From an uncultured Actinomycetota bacterium (GTDB lineage Bacteria; Actinomycetota; Actinomycetes; CAVWCF01), in assembly GCA_963753435.1 (NCBI GenBank), contig CAVWCF010000001.1:704554-768553 (forward strand): 64,000 bases of DNA, in the 5' to 3' direction. This document shows, piece after piece, positions 56,071 to 64,000 of the stretch. The notes beneath the pieces were generated by a model. It had not been told where the DNA came from and made no database searches. It saw nothing but the letters and a program-made list of their open reading frames with translations. The translations under genes were made by a program, and so were the position numbers. Position 1 is the first letter of the stretch. The number at the start of each line of letters is the position of its first letter.

Positions 56071-57912
56071 TCACCCGGCGGCAGCTCCGGTGAACATGTC
56101 CTCGATCAGGTCGGCGTAGTGGTCCTGAACCGCCTTGCGCTTGACCTTCAGGCTGGGCGTCAACTCCCCGGACTCCACGGTCAGGTCGTGTGGCAGCACT
56201 CGGAACTGCTTGATCCGCTCCCACTTGTTCAGGGACTCGTTCAACTCGGCCACGCGGGCCTCGAGGTAAGCATGCATCTCCGGCGACGCGGTGACCGCTG
56301 CGGCATCACCAGCCACGCCGTTGGCCTCCGCCCAGTCCTTCAGGCCATCGGGATCCAGGCTGATCAGCGCCCCGGCGTAGTTGCGCACCACGACGACCAT
56401 CTGGCTGGCCACCGGGCAAACGGCCTTGAAGTTGGCTTCGATGGCCTGCGGCGAGATGTACTTGCCTCCGGACGTCTTGACCAGGTCCTTCTTGCGGTCG
56501 GTGATCCGCAGCCGGCCTATGTCGTCGAGTTCACCGATATCGCCAGTCGCGAACCAGTTGCCGACCCCTTCGGGGAATGCTTCAGCCGTCTGCTCGGGCA
56601 GGTTGTGGTAGCCGCGCATGACCCCGGGACCCCGCACCATGATTTCGCCGTCGCCGGCGATGCGGAACTCCATACCAGGGAATGGTTCGCCGACGGAGCC
56701 GAAGGACAGCAGGTCAGGTCGCAGGATGCAGGAGCCGGCCGAGGTCTCGGTGAGTCCGTAGCCCTCCAGGATCGGCATGCCCGCCGCCGCGAACCATTCG
56801 GCAACATCGCCGGACAGGGCCGCGCTGCCGGACACGAAGAATCTGATGTGGCCACCCATGCGTTGCCGCACCTTGGAGAAGACCAACGCGTCGGCGATCT
56901 TGAACTGTGCGGAGTCCAGTGCCGATGGGTTGCGACCTTCGGACTTGGCCCGGGCCACCCGACGACCGACCCCGACCGCCCAGGAGTAGATGGAGTGCTT
57001 GACGCCACCCTCGGCCTCGGACATGGAGTTGACCCGGCCGTAGATCTTCTCGAAGATGCGCGGCGCTCCGGCCATGAATGTCGGCTTGATCTCGCCGATG
57101 TTCTCCACGATCTTGTCAATGCGGCCGTCGACGTACGTCTGGAAACCGCACGCGATCTGGACCGCCTGCAGCACCTTGCCGAACGAGTGCGACAGCGGCA
57201 GCCACAGGTACTGCACATCCTCAGGTTTGAGAATGTTCGTGGCATCGACCGCGGCGCCTTCGAAGGCCCAGCAGGAATGCAGGAGTTCAACGCCCTTCGG
57301 TCGACCGGTGGTCCCGGACGTGTAGATCAGCGTGGCCAGGCTGTCCGGACCCAGTTTGGCGACGCGCTCGTCAACGGCACCCGGGTTCTCCTGCAGCAGC
57401 TCGGCACCCAACGCCTCCAGGTCATCCAGCGACAAGACCCAGTCCCCGTCCGGGGTGCCGTCGAAGGTGACGACCTTGGACAGGGCCGGGAGTTCGCCGC
57501 GCTTGTCCTTGAGTTTGGCGATCTGCTCGTCGTCCTCGGCGAAGACGACCTTGGTCTTGGAGTCGCTGAGGATGTAGGCGACGTCATCTGCGCCGGTGGA
57601 CGGGTACACGGTCGTGGTGGCACCGCCGGACAGCATCACGCCCAGGTCGGCCAGCAGCCACTCGATCCGTGTCGTGCTGGTGATGGCAACGCGTTCCTCC
57701 ATGTCCACGCCCAGTGCGATCAGCCCGCCGGCGATGCGGCGCGCCCGGTCGGCAGTCTGCGCCCAGGTGAGCTTGCCGATGCCGCTTCGCTCCGGGAAGG
57801 TGAACGCCACCCGGTCCGGTGACTGTTCCACCCGGCTCAAGAACAGATGGGTGAAGGACTGCGCCACCTCGCCGAGTGGCTCACGCGCTGTGGCGATTGT
57901 TGGTGCGGACAC
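56071..57912 (-). CDS. fadD: Long-chain fatty-acid--CoA ligase (AMP-dependent synthetase).
   Basis: AMP-binding motif YTSGTTGRPKGV, the motif GYGLTETS. 613 aa. Confidence 0.85.
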   Translation of the reverse strand: MSAPTIATAREPLGEVAQSFTHLFLSRVEQSPDRVAFTFPERSGIGKLTWAQTADRARRIAGGLIALGVDMEERVAITSTTRIEWLLADLGVMLSGGATTTVYPSTGADDVAYILSDSKTKVVFAEDDEQIAKLKDKRGELPALSKVVTFDGTPDGDWVLSLDDLEALGAELLQENPGAVDERVAKLGPDSLATLIYTSGTTGRPKGVELLHSCWAFEGAAVDATNILKPEDVQYLWLPLSHSFGKVLQAVQIACGFQTYVDGRIDKIVENIGEIKPTFMAGAPRIFEKIYGRVNSMSEAEGGVKHSIYSWAVGVGRRVARAKSEGRNPSALDSAQFKIADALVFSKVRQRMGGHIRFFVSGSAALSGDVAEWFAAAGMPILEGYGLTETSAGSCILRPDLLSFGSVGEPFPGMEFRIAGDGEIMVRGPGVMRGYHNLPEQTAEAFPEGVGNWFATGDIGELDDIGRLRITDRKKDLVKTSGGKYISPQAIEANFKAVCPVASQMVVVVRNYAGALISLDPDGLKDWAEANGVAGDAAAVTASPEMHAYLEARVAELNESLNKWERIKQFRVLPHDLTVESGELTPSLKVKRKAVQDHYADLIEDMFTGAAAG

Positions 57913-57985
57913 TGCTCCTCCAAGGGCCGCGGACTTCTGCCAACCGTAATCCGCAGCGGCCGATTGCGCGCGCGGATTCGCCGAC

Positions 57986-59842
57986 TCACCGGTCGGTCTT
58001 GGCCGCCTCGGAGTCGGTAGACAGCGCGGCGATGAAGGCCTCCTGAGGCACCTCGACGCGCCCCACCATCTTCATCCGCTTCTTGCCCTCCTTCTGCTTT
58101 TCCAGCAGTTTGCGCTTACGGGTGATGTCACCGCCGTAGCACTTGGCCAAAACGTCCTTGCGGATGGCGCGCACGTTCTCGCGGGCGATCACCCGGCTGC
58201 CGATCGCGGCCTGGATCGGCACCTCGAACTGCTGCCTGGGAATCAGTTCCTTCAGGCGCGCCGTCATGGCGGTGCCGTACGCGTACGCCTTGTCCTTGTG
58301 GACGATCGCGCTGAAGGCGTCCACCGGCTCACCGTGCAGGAGGATGTCCACTTTGACCAGATCGGCGGCCTGCTCGCTGGAAGGTTCGTAGTCCAGGGAC
58401 GCGTAGCCGCGGGTGCGCGACTTCAGGGCATCGAAGAAGTCGAACACGATCTCCGCCAGCGGCAGCGTGTATCGCAATTCCACCCGCTCGGGGGACAGGT
58501 AGTCCATGGCCAGCAGTTGGCCGCGCCGGGCCTGACACAACTCCATGACAGTCCCCGTGAACTCCGCCGGCGCCAGCACGGTGGCCTTGACCACCGGCTC
58601 GAAGACCTGGCTCAACTTGCCGGTGGGGAACTCGCTCGGGTTGGTGACGATGTGCTCGGTGCCGTCCTCCATCTGCGCCCGGTAGACCACGTTGGGCGCC
58701 GTGGAAATCAGGTCCAGGCCGAACTCCCGCTCCAGGCGCTCCCGGACGATCTCCAGGTGCAGCAGGCCGAGGAAGCCGCACCGGAAGCCGAAGCCCAATG
58801 CCGCCGACGTCTCCGGCTCGTAGACAAGCGCCGCATCGTTGAGTTGCAGTTTGTCCAGAGCGTCCCGCAGCGCCGGGTAGTCCGATCCGTCGATCGGATA
58901 CAGCCCGCTGAACACCATCGGCTTGGGGTCGGAGTAGCCCGGCAACGCCGTTGCCGCGCGGGCACCGGCCAACGTGATCGTGTCGCCGACTCGGGACTGG
59001 CGCACATCCTTGACCCCGGTCATCAGGTAGCCCACCTCCCCGACAGACAAGCCGCGGGAGGCGACCGGTTCCGGCGAGATGACCCCGATCTCGAGCGTCT
59101 CGTGCTCGGCGTGGGTGGACATCATGCGGATGCGGTCCCGTGCCGACAGAACCCCGTCGATCACGCGCACGTAGGTCACGACGCCGCGGTACGTGTCGTA
59201 AACCGAGTCGAAAATGAGGGCTCGAGCAGGTTGATCGGCTTGACCAACCGGCGCCGGGATCTGGCGCACGATTTCGTCCAGGAGGTGGCCCACCCCTTCG
59301 CCCGTCTTTCCCGAGACCCGCAGGCAGTCGTGCGGCTCGCAACCGATAAGAGCGGCCAACTCCGCCGCGAACCGGTCGGGTTGGGCGGCCGGCAAGTCGA
59401 TCTTGTTCAGCACCGGGATGACATGCAGATCGTTGTCCAGCGCCATGTAGAGGTTGGCGAGGGTCTGCGCCTCGATTCCCTGGGCTGCGTCGACGAGGAG
59501 CACCGCCCCCTCACATGCGGCCAGACTGCGACTCACCTCGTAGGAGAAATCCACGTGGCCGGGGGTGTCGATCATGTTCAGGACGAACGGTTCCCCGTTG
59601 AGATCCCCCGACGCGACGGTCCAGGGCATGCGCACAGCCTGGCTTTTGATGGTGATGCCGCGCTCGCGTTCGATGTCCATGCGGTCCAGGTATTGGGCCC
59701 GCATCTGGCGCGCCCCGAGCACCCCGGTCTGCTCAAGCATGCGGTCGGCCAGCGTCGACTTGCCGTGGTCGATGTGCGCAATGATGCAGAAGTTGCGCAG
59801 CCGATCCGGCGGCGTGGTGCTGGGGGCGAACGTCTCGGACAC
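57986..59842 (-). CDS. lepA: Elongation factor 4 (LepA).
   Basis: G1 [10 protein letters not shown]. The LepA-specific C-terminal domain is present. Start uncertain: a GTG at about 59842 (VSETF...) versus the track ATG at 59947. Confidence 0.88.
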   Translation of the reverse strand: MSETFAPSTTPPDRLRNFCIIAHIDHGKSTLADRMLEQTGVLGARQMRAQYLDRMDIERERGITIKSQAVRMPWTVASGDLNGEPFVLNMIDTPGHVDFSYEVSRSLAACEGAVLLVDAAQGIEAQTLANLYMALDNDLHVIPVLNKIDLPAAQPDRFAAELAALIGCEPHDCLRVSGKTGEGVGHLLDEIVRQIPAPVGQADQPARALIFDSVYDTYRGVVTYVRVIDGVLSARDRIRMMSTHAEHETLEIGVISPEPVASRGLSVGEVGYLMTGVKDVRQSRVGDTITLAGARAATALPGYSDPKPMVFSGLYPIDGSDYPALRDALDKLQLNDAALVYEPETSAALGFGFRCGFLGLLHLEIVRERLEREFGLDLISTAPNVVYRAQMEDGTEHIVTNPSEFPTGKLSQVFEPVVKATVLAPAEFTGTVMELCQARRGQLLAMDYLSPERVELRYTLPLAEIVFDFFDALKSRTRGYASLDYEPSSEQAADLVKVDILLHGEPVDAFSAIVHKDKAYAYGTAMTARLKELIPRQQFEVPIQAAIGSRVIARENVRAIRKDVLAKCYGGDITRKRKLLEKQKEGKKRMKMVGRVEVPQEAFIAALSTDSEAAKTDR

Positions 59843-59980
59843 GCGCTTCCTGAGGTCTGGTGCGGTTGACGGCGGGCGAGCCCGTCGGGGAGTTGATGCT
59901 GAGCCTGGACGGCCATGCTCCCATGCCGAGGTAGCGCGCCCGCACATCGTGGAGCAGGCCGACGAACCTAGGCTGCGCGG

Positions 59981-60487
59981 ATGCTCGACCGGCTAAGGCG
60001 GCTCTTCGGCCGCAAGTCCACCAAGACGCGACCCGCGCCGGCGGCTTCGCCAACGCGTGGCCGCGCAGTCGTTGGCGAGGCTCCGCCCTATGGCGGGGCA
60101 CGCGACCACGTCGGCGGAGCGCGGATCTCCTACCGACCCGACCGCGACGGCGAGCCCGACCCTGGTGAGGTCGTTTGGTGCTGGGTGCCGTTCGAGGACG
60201 ACCCGAGCCGGGGCAAGGACCGGCCGGTGATCGTGATGGGCCACGTGGAGTACTTCCCAGAGTTGCTGGTGGTCCAGTTATCCAGCCAGGAACGGCACCG
60301 GGGCGAAGCCGGCTGGGTCGGCATCGGCACCGGCCGCTGGGACTCCAAACGCCGGGACAGTTACGCCGACGTCAATCGGCCGCTGGCCGTGGCCATGACG
60401 GCGGTCCGCCGCGAGGGCGGCACCCTGCCTAGGGACCGGTTCGATGAGGTAGCCGCGGCACTGCGCGATCGCTACGGCTACCACTAG
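59981..60487 (+). CDS. PemK/MazF-fold family protein (toxin-like) with a long basic N-terminal extension.
   Basis: [26 protein letters not shown]...LLVVQLSSQ resembles the MazF/PemK N-terminal beta-barrel motif (GDIxxxDFDP..G.E..K.RPxVVVS). 168 aa. No adjacent antitoxin-like ORF. Confidence 0.35.
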   Translation: MLDRLRRLFGRKSTKTRPAPAASPTRGRAVVGEAPPYGGARDHVGGARISYRPDRDGEPDPGEVVWCWVPFEDDPSRGKDRPVIVMGHVEYFPELLVVQLSSQERHRGEAGWVGIGTGRWDSKRRDSYADVNRPLAVAMTAVRREGGTLPRDRFDEVAAALRDRYGYH

Positions 60488-60599
60488 GCCCAAGCGCGGT
60501 TTGGCCGGGGCGGCGCCGCCTTGATACCCTCGCCTGTCGCTCCAAGTGTTCATTTCCCGGTGGCGACGCACCGCAATCCCCGAACGACGAAGGCGACCC

Positions 60600-60866
60600 G
60601 TGGCGAACATCAAGTCCCAGATCAAGCGAATCCGCACCAATGAGCTGGCTCGCCAGCGCAACAAGGCTGTTCGCACGTCCCTGAAGTCCGCTGTGCGCCG
60701 TTTCCGCGAGGCCGCAGACTCCGGCGACACGGCCACCGCTGAGGTCGCCCTGCGCGACGCGTCCCGCGCTCTGGACCGTGCCGCTTCCTCCGGCGTCATC
60801 CACAGCAACCAGGCAGCCAACCGCAAGTCAGCTATGGCTCGCCGCCTGGCCACCCTCAGTTCCTGA
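60600..60866 (+). CDS. rpsT: 30S ribosomal protein S20.
   Basis: GTG start after a [34 protein letters not shown]. 88 aa. Confidence 0.85.
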   Translation: MANIKSQIKRIRTNELARQRNKAVRTSLKSAVRRFREAADSGDTATAEVALRDASRALDRAASSGVIHSNQAANRKSAMARRLATLSS

Positions 60867-60888
60867 CGCTTGGCAGCCACGAGCAGTC

Positions 60889-61875
60889 CTAGGGCTGCTC
60901 GCTGTCCCCAGTTGCTCCCCGGCACACCGCAACCACCGCGCGCTCCAGCGCGTACCCCTTGGCCCGGCCGTCCTGATCGGACTTGACGGCTTCATCAGCC
61001 AGCGCCACCGCCGCCAGCGCGTCGGCCAATCGGGCCTGATTCCACGGACCAGCCTGGCGGCGCACCCGCTCCAGTTTCCACGGCTGAATACCCAGCTCCC
61101 GGGCCGCATCGGCGGCACGCACTCCCCGCGGCAGGTTCCGTAGCCGCACGATGGTCCGCAGCGACGCGGCCAGCGAGCCGACGATCAGCACCGGTGGGGT
61201 GCCCGTGTCCACCGCCGACCGAAGCGATGCGACCGCTTCAGCGGTACGGCCTTCGATGGCGGCGTCGGCGACCTCCCAGCCCTTCACTTCCGCGCGCCCG
61301 GCGTAGTACCGGCGGACCGTTTCGACGTCGACTCGGCCGGTGGTGTCGGCCAGCAGCTGCCGGCAGGCCGCGACCACGTCGACCAAGTCATCGCCGACCG
61401 CATCCACCAACGCCTGGGCGGCATCGTTGGTGATCTGCCGGCCGGCCGTATCGAATTCCTTGCGCACGAACCCGGCCCGGTCGGACTTCTTGACCTCGCT
61501 GACCGTGATCGTGTGATCGGCGACCTCGCGCGCCCGCTTCAACACTGCGGCGCCCTTGTTGCCCTTGGCCGCGTGGGTGATGACCAACTGCAGGTGCTCG
61601 GGACGATCTGCCAGCAGGCCCAGGACCGCATCGGATGTGTCCGCGACCAGCGCATCCGCCCCGGTTATCACCACCAACACCGGTTCGGCGAACAGGCTCG
61701 GCGCGACCAGATCGGCAACCGCGGCATCGTCGACATCCTCAGCCAGCACCTTCACGACCCGAAGGTCGGCGGCGGCAGCCTTGGCCTGCTCGACGACCTC
61801 GTCGACGGCGCGCGCGGCGAGCACCGGCTCGGGCCCTTCGATCAGGGTTACTCCCGCCACCTCCGCCGACGCCAC
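60889..61875 (-). CDS. holA: DNA polymerase III delta subunit.
   Basis: 328 aa. N-terminal RFC-like fold and helical C-terminus. Conserved position between rpsT and comEC. Confidence 0.75.
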   Translation of the reverse strand: MASAEVAGVTLIEGPEPVLAARAVDEVVEQAKAAAADLRVVKVLAEDVDDAAVADLVAPSLFAEPVLVVITGADALVADTSDAVLGLLADRPEHLQLVITHAAKGNKGAAVLKRAREVADHTITVSEVKKSDRAGFVRKEFDTAGRQITNDAAQALVDAVGDDLVDVVAACRQLLADTTGRVDVETVRRYYAGRAEVKGWEVADAAIEGRTAEAVASLRSAVDTGTPPVLIVGSLAASLRTIVRLRNLPRGVRAADAARELGIQPWKLERVRRQAGPWNQARLADALAAVALADEAVKSDQDGRAKGYALERAVVAVCRGATGDSEQP

Positions 61876-61916
61876 GGCGGCAGCATGCCAGCCAGGGGTG
61901 ACGAGACTCGCCGCCC

Positions 61917-63968
61917 CTAGCCGGCACGGGCAGCGGTCAGGTTGAGGTCGCCGTTCGCCGCTGTGATCACCAGCGCGCCGTGGCGGTCAGTTCGCCCCAC
62001 GGTCACACCTGCCGCCGCAAGCGACCGGACGACTTCGGGGTCAGGGTGGGCGTATCGGTTCTCGACGCCCACACCGATCAGCGCTACCTCGGGGGTCGCG
62101 GCCGCGAGCAGCCCGGGGTCCTGGTCGGCGGAGCCGTGATGCGGCACCTTGAGAATGTCCACGTCCAGCGCGGCCCCGCCCGCCAGTAGCGCCCGCTGTG
62201 CCTCCGCTTCGATGTCTCCGGTCAGCAGCGCGGTGTAGGTCGGTGCCTGCACTCGCAGCACCACGCTGGCCTGGTTCGGCATCGACCCCTCCCGGATGAT
62301 CCGCCCCGGCCACAGCACCTCGGCCGACACCTCGCCCAACTGCCAACGCTGACCGACCACGGCGGTGTGGACCGGCACGGCGTGGCGCGCCAGCTGCGCC
62401 TGAACGTCATCGGCGGCGTCCTCCGGGTCGGCCAACGGCGAGACGACCGCCGCCGCAACCGGGCGATTGCCCAGCAGCCCGGCTAGGCCCCCGACGTGGT
62501 CCTCATGGAAGTGCGTCAGCACCAACAGCGACACCTCGTTGACCCGAAGGTCGTCCAGGCACCGATCCAGGGCCACCGGGTCCGGTCCGGTGTCGACGAC
62601 CAATGCCGAACCGGCACCGGCGGAAACCACGACCGCATCGCCCTGACCAACGTCACACATGACCATCACCCAGCCGGTGGGCGGTGCGCCGTGGCCCACC
62701 GTTGCGAAAGCCACTGCCAGCGCGACGCCCAGCGCCCACCACCGCAGCGGTCGCACGATCCGGCGGGTCAGCCAGAACCCGACCACCACCAGAGCGAGCG
62801 AGAGGAGGAGGGTGAGTTCACCGCCCGGGACAGTGACCACTGCGGCGTCGAAGCCGGCCGCAGTGCGGGCCACCCAACCGATCCAATTCCCAGCCAGTCC
62901 GGCGACGTTGGCGACCAGGGCCGCTAGCGGTGGGGAAACCGGCGCTACCACCGTCGCCAGCACCCCCAGCAGAGTGGCCGGCGCCACCGCGGGTGCAGCC
63001 GCCAGGTTCGCGGCAACCGCGACCAGAGAAATCTGCGGCTGGATCAGCAACAGCAGTGGGAGCACGGCCGCCTGCGCCGCACCAGCGGCGGCGAAGGCAA
63101 CAACTAGCCATCGCCGCGATCCAGCGGCAATCCACCGAGCCGGCACCATTAGGGCGGCGGTGGCCACGACGGACAGGGCGAAACCGAGACTGCGACTGAG
63201 CCACGGGTCGGCCAGGAGCAGCAGGCATACCGCTGCCCCCAGCACGTTGACCCCACCGGTACGCCCCGACCGGGTGATGGCCGCCAAGCCGAGCAACCCC
63301 ATCACCGAGGCCCGCAGGACGCTGGGCTCCGGGCGCGCCAACAGCCCGAAGCCGATCACCCCCAGCACACCAACGGCGGTCGACAAGCCGGGTCTGACGC
63401 GCAGCAGGCGCGCCACCAGCAGCAGACCCAGGAGGACGATCGACACGTTCGCACCGGATACCGCGGTCAAGTGGGCCAGCCCGGAGTCGCGCAGGTCGGC
63501 CACCAGCAATGGCGACAGCCTGCGCGTATCCCCGACGACGAGGCTGGGTATCAACTCCCGCGCCGGCCCAGTCAGATGCTCGGTTGCGTCCCGTAGGCCG
63601 GAGCGCAGGTGCCCCGCCGCTCGCTGGTAGCCCGGGGGTGGACGAATCTGCACCGGTTCGCCGCGCACCGAGATGACCGCCGCAACGGGACCGGTCCGGT
63701 CCGAGGCCGTCAGGCGACCGCTGGCCCGCACCTGGCTGCCCAGCGCAACGTCGGCCCAGGAGTCGTCCGCCAGCACCAGCGCCGGAAGTCGCGACCCGGT
63801 CTGGGTGCCAGTACCAGCACCCGCAGTCGGACCGACGGCGTCCAGCCGCACTGGGATCACCCAGCCGGTCCCGGAGCGGGTGGGCCGTGGGTCGGCCACG
63901 ACAGTCGCGCTCGCGGTGACGCTGTGACCGATCCAGTCCTGCGCCGGGTCGATCGCCACCGCCCACAT
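61917..63968 (-). CDS. comEC: Competence protein ComEC/Rec2 with a C-terminal metallo-beta-lactamase domain. Possibly truncated at the window end.
   Basis: N-terminal DUF4131-like region, central polytopic competence domain, C-terminal MBL motif HFHEDHVGG. At least 683 aa. Confidence 0.8.
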   Translation of the reverse strand: MWAVAIDPAQDWIGHSVTASATVVADPRPTRSGTGWVIPVRLDAVGPTAGAGTGTQTGSRLPALVLADDSWADVALGSQVRASGRLTASDRTGPVAAVISVRGEPVQIRPPPGYQRAAGHLRSGLRDATEHLTGPARELIPSLVVGDTRRLSPLLVADLRDSGLAHLTAVSGANVSIVLLGLLLVARLLRVRPGLSTAVGVLGVIGFGLLARPEPSVLRASVMGLLGLAAITRSGRTGGVNVLGAAVCLLLLADPWLSRSLGFALSVVATAALMVPARWIAAGSRRWLVVAFAAAGAAQAAVLPLLLLIQPQISLVAVAANLAAAPAVAPATLLGVLATVVAPVSPPLAALVANVAGLAGNWIGWVARTAAGFDAAVVTVPGGELTLLLSLALVVVGFWLTRRIVRPLRWWALGVALAVAFATVGHGAPPTGWVMVMCDVGQGDAVVVSAGAGSALVVDTGPDPVALDRCLDDLRVNEVSLLVLTHFHEDHVGGLAGLLGNRPVAAAVVSPLADPEDAADDVQAQLARHAVPVHTAVVGQRWQLGEVSAEVLWPGRIIREGSMPNQASVVLRVQAPTYTALLTGDIEAEAQRALLAGGAALDVDILKVPHHGSADQDPGLLAAATPEVALIGVGVENRYAHPDPEVVRSLAAAGVTVGRTDRHGALVITAANGDLNLTAARAG

Positions 63969-64000
63969 CCGCAGCGTCAGGATGCCCAGCCCGGCGACCA

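Noticed and set aside
58298-59869. 523-aa plus-strand ORF antisense to lepA, and similar long antisense ORFs opposite atpA/atpD/atpG, fadD and comEC
   Set aside because: Arg/Gly/Asp/His-rich low-complexity translations opposite strongly conserved genes. These are high-GC frame artefacts.

Overview
High-GC (about 70%) actinobacterial chromosomal window, almost entirely coding. Most confident genes lie on the minus strand. Actinobacterial hallmarks include NucS (mismatch-repair nuclease), a Rho termination factor with an Arg/Asp/Ser-rich N-terminal insertion, and the thr-rho-prfA-atp-murA synteny block. From 5' to 3': (1) an acyl-CoA metabolism region resembling the ethylmalonyl-CoA pathway: IcmA-like B12 mutase large subunit (partial), amidohydrolase, MeaB GTPase, thiolase, epimerase, crotonyl-CoA carboxylase/reductase (ccr), two alpha/beta hydrolases, tandem-domain 3-hydroxyacyl-CoA dehydrogenase, GMC oxidoreductase, ethylmalonyl-CoA mutase, single-domain 3-hydroxybutyryl-CoA dehydrogenase (hbd). 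(2) nucS and an ABC-2 exporter pair. (3) The conserved block murA, PduO-type adenosyltransferase, atpCDGAHFEB plus two small AtpI/AtpZ-like proteins, wecA, glyA, tsaC/sua5, prmC, prfA, rpmE, rho, thrB, thrC, hom, lysA, argS. (4) tRNA-Arg(CCG). (5) A second housekeeping block: era, a CBS-domain hemolysin-family protein, ybeY, phoH, HIT, rsmE, dnaJ, hrcA with an upstream CIRCE operator, hemW, fadD, lepA, rpsT, holA, comEC. The most unusual content is a three-gene insertion between rpmE and rho (33886..37383, minus strand): a processive GT2 glycosyltransferase (QxxRW), an exosortase-like polytopic membrane protein (Cys-Arg-Asn signature) fused to a C-terminal extracytoplasmic domain, and a small secreted protein with a PEP-CTERM-like tail (PEAP, hydrophobic helix, RRRG). 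This looks like a compact exosortase/substrate/glycosyltransferase module in a Gram-positive-type genome. Also notable: an apparent frameshift in thrB, a perfect 19-bp hairpin just downstream of rho, 15-bp tandem coding repeats in rho, and a STAS-domain protein between hbd and ecm. No transposases, integrases or CRISPR arrays were seen. Many ORF-track entries are antisense or out-of-frame shadow ORFs typical of high-GC DNA and are not reported.
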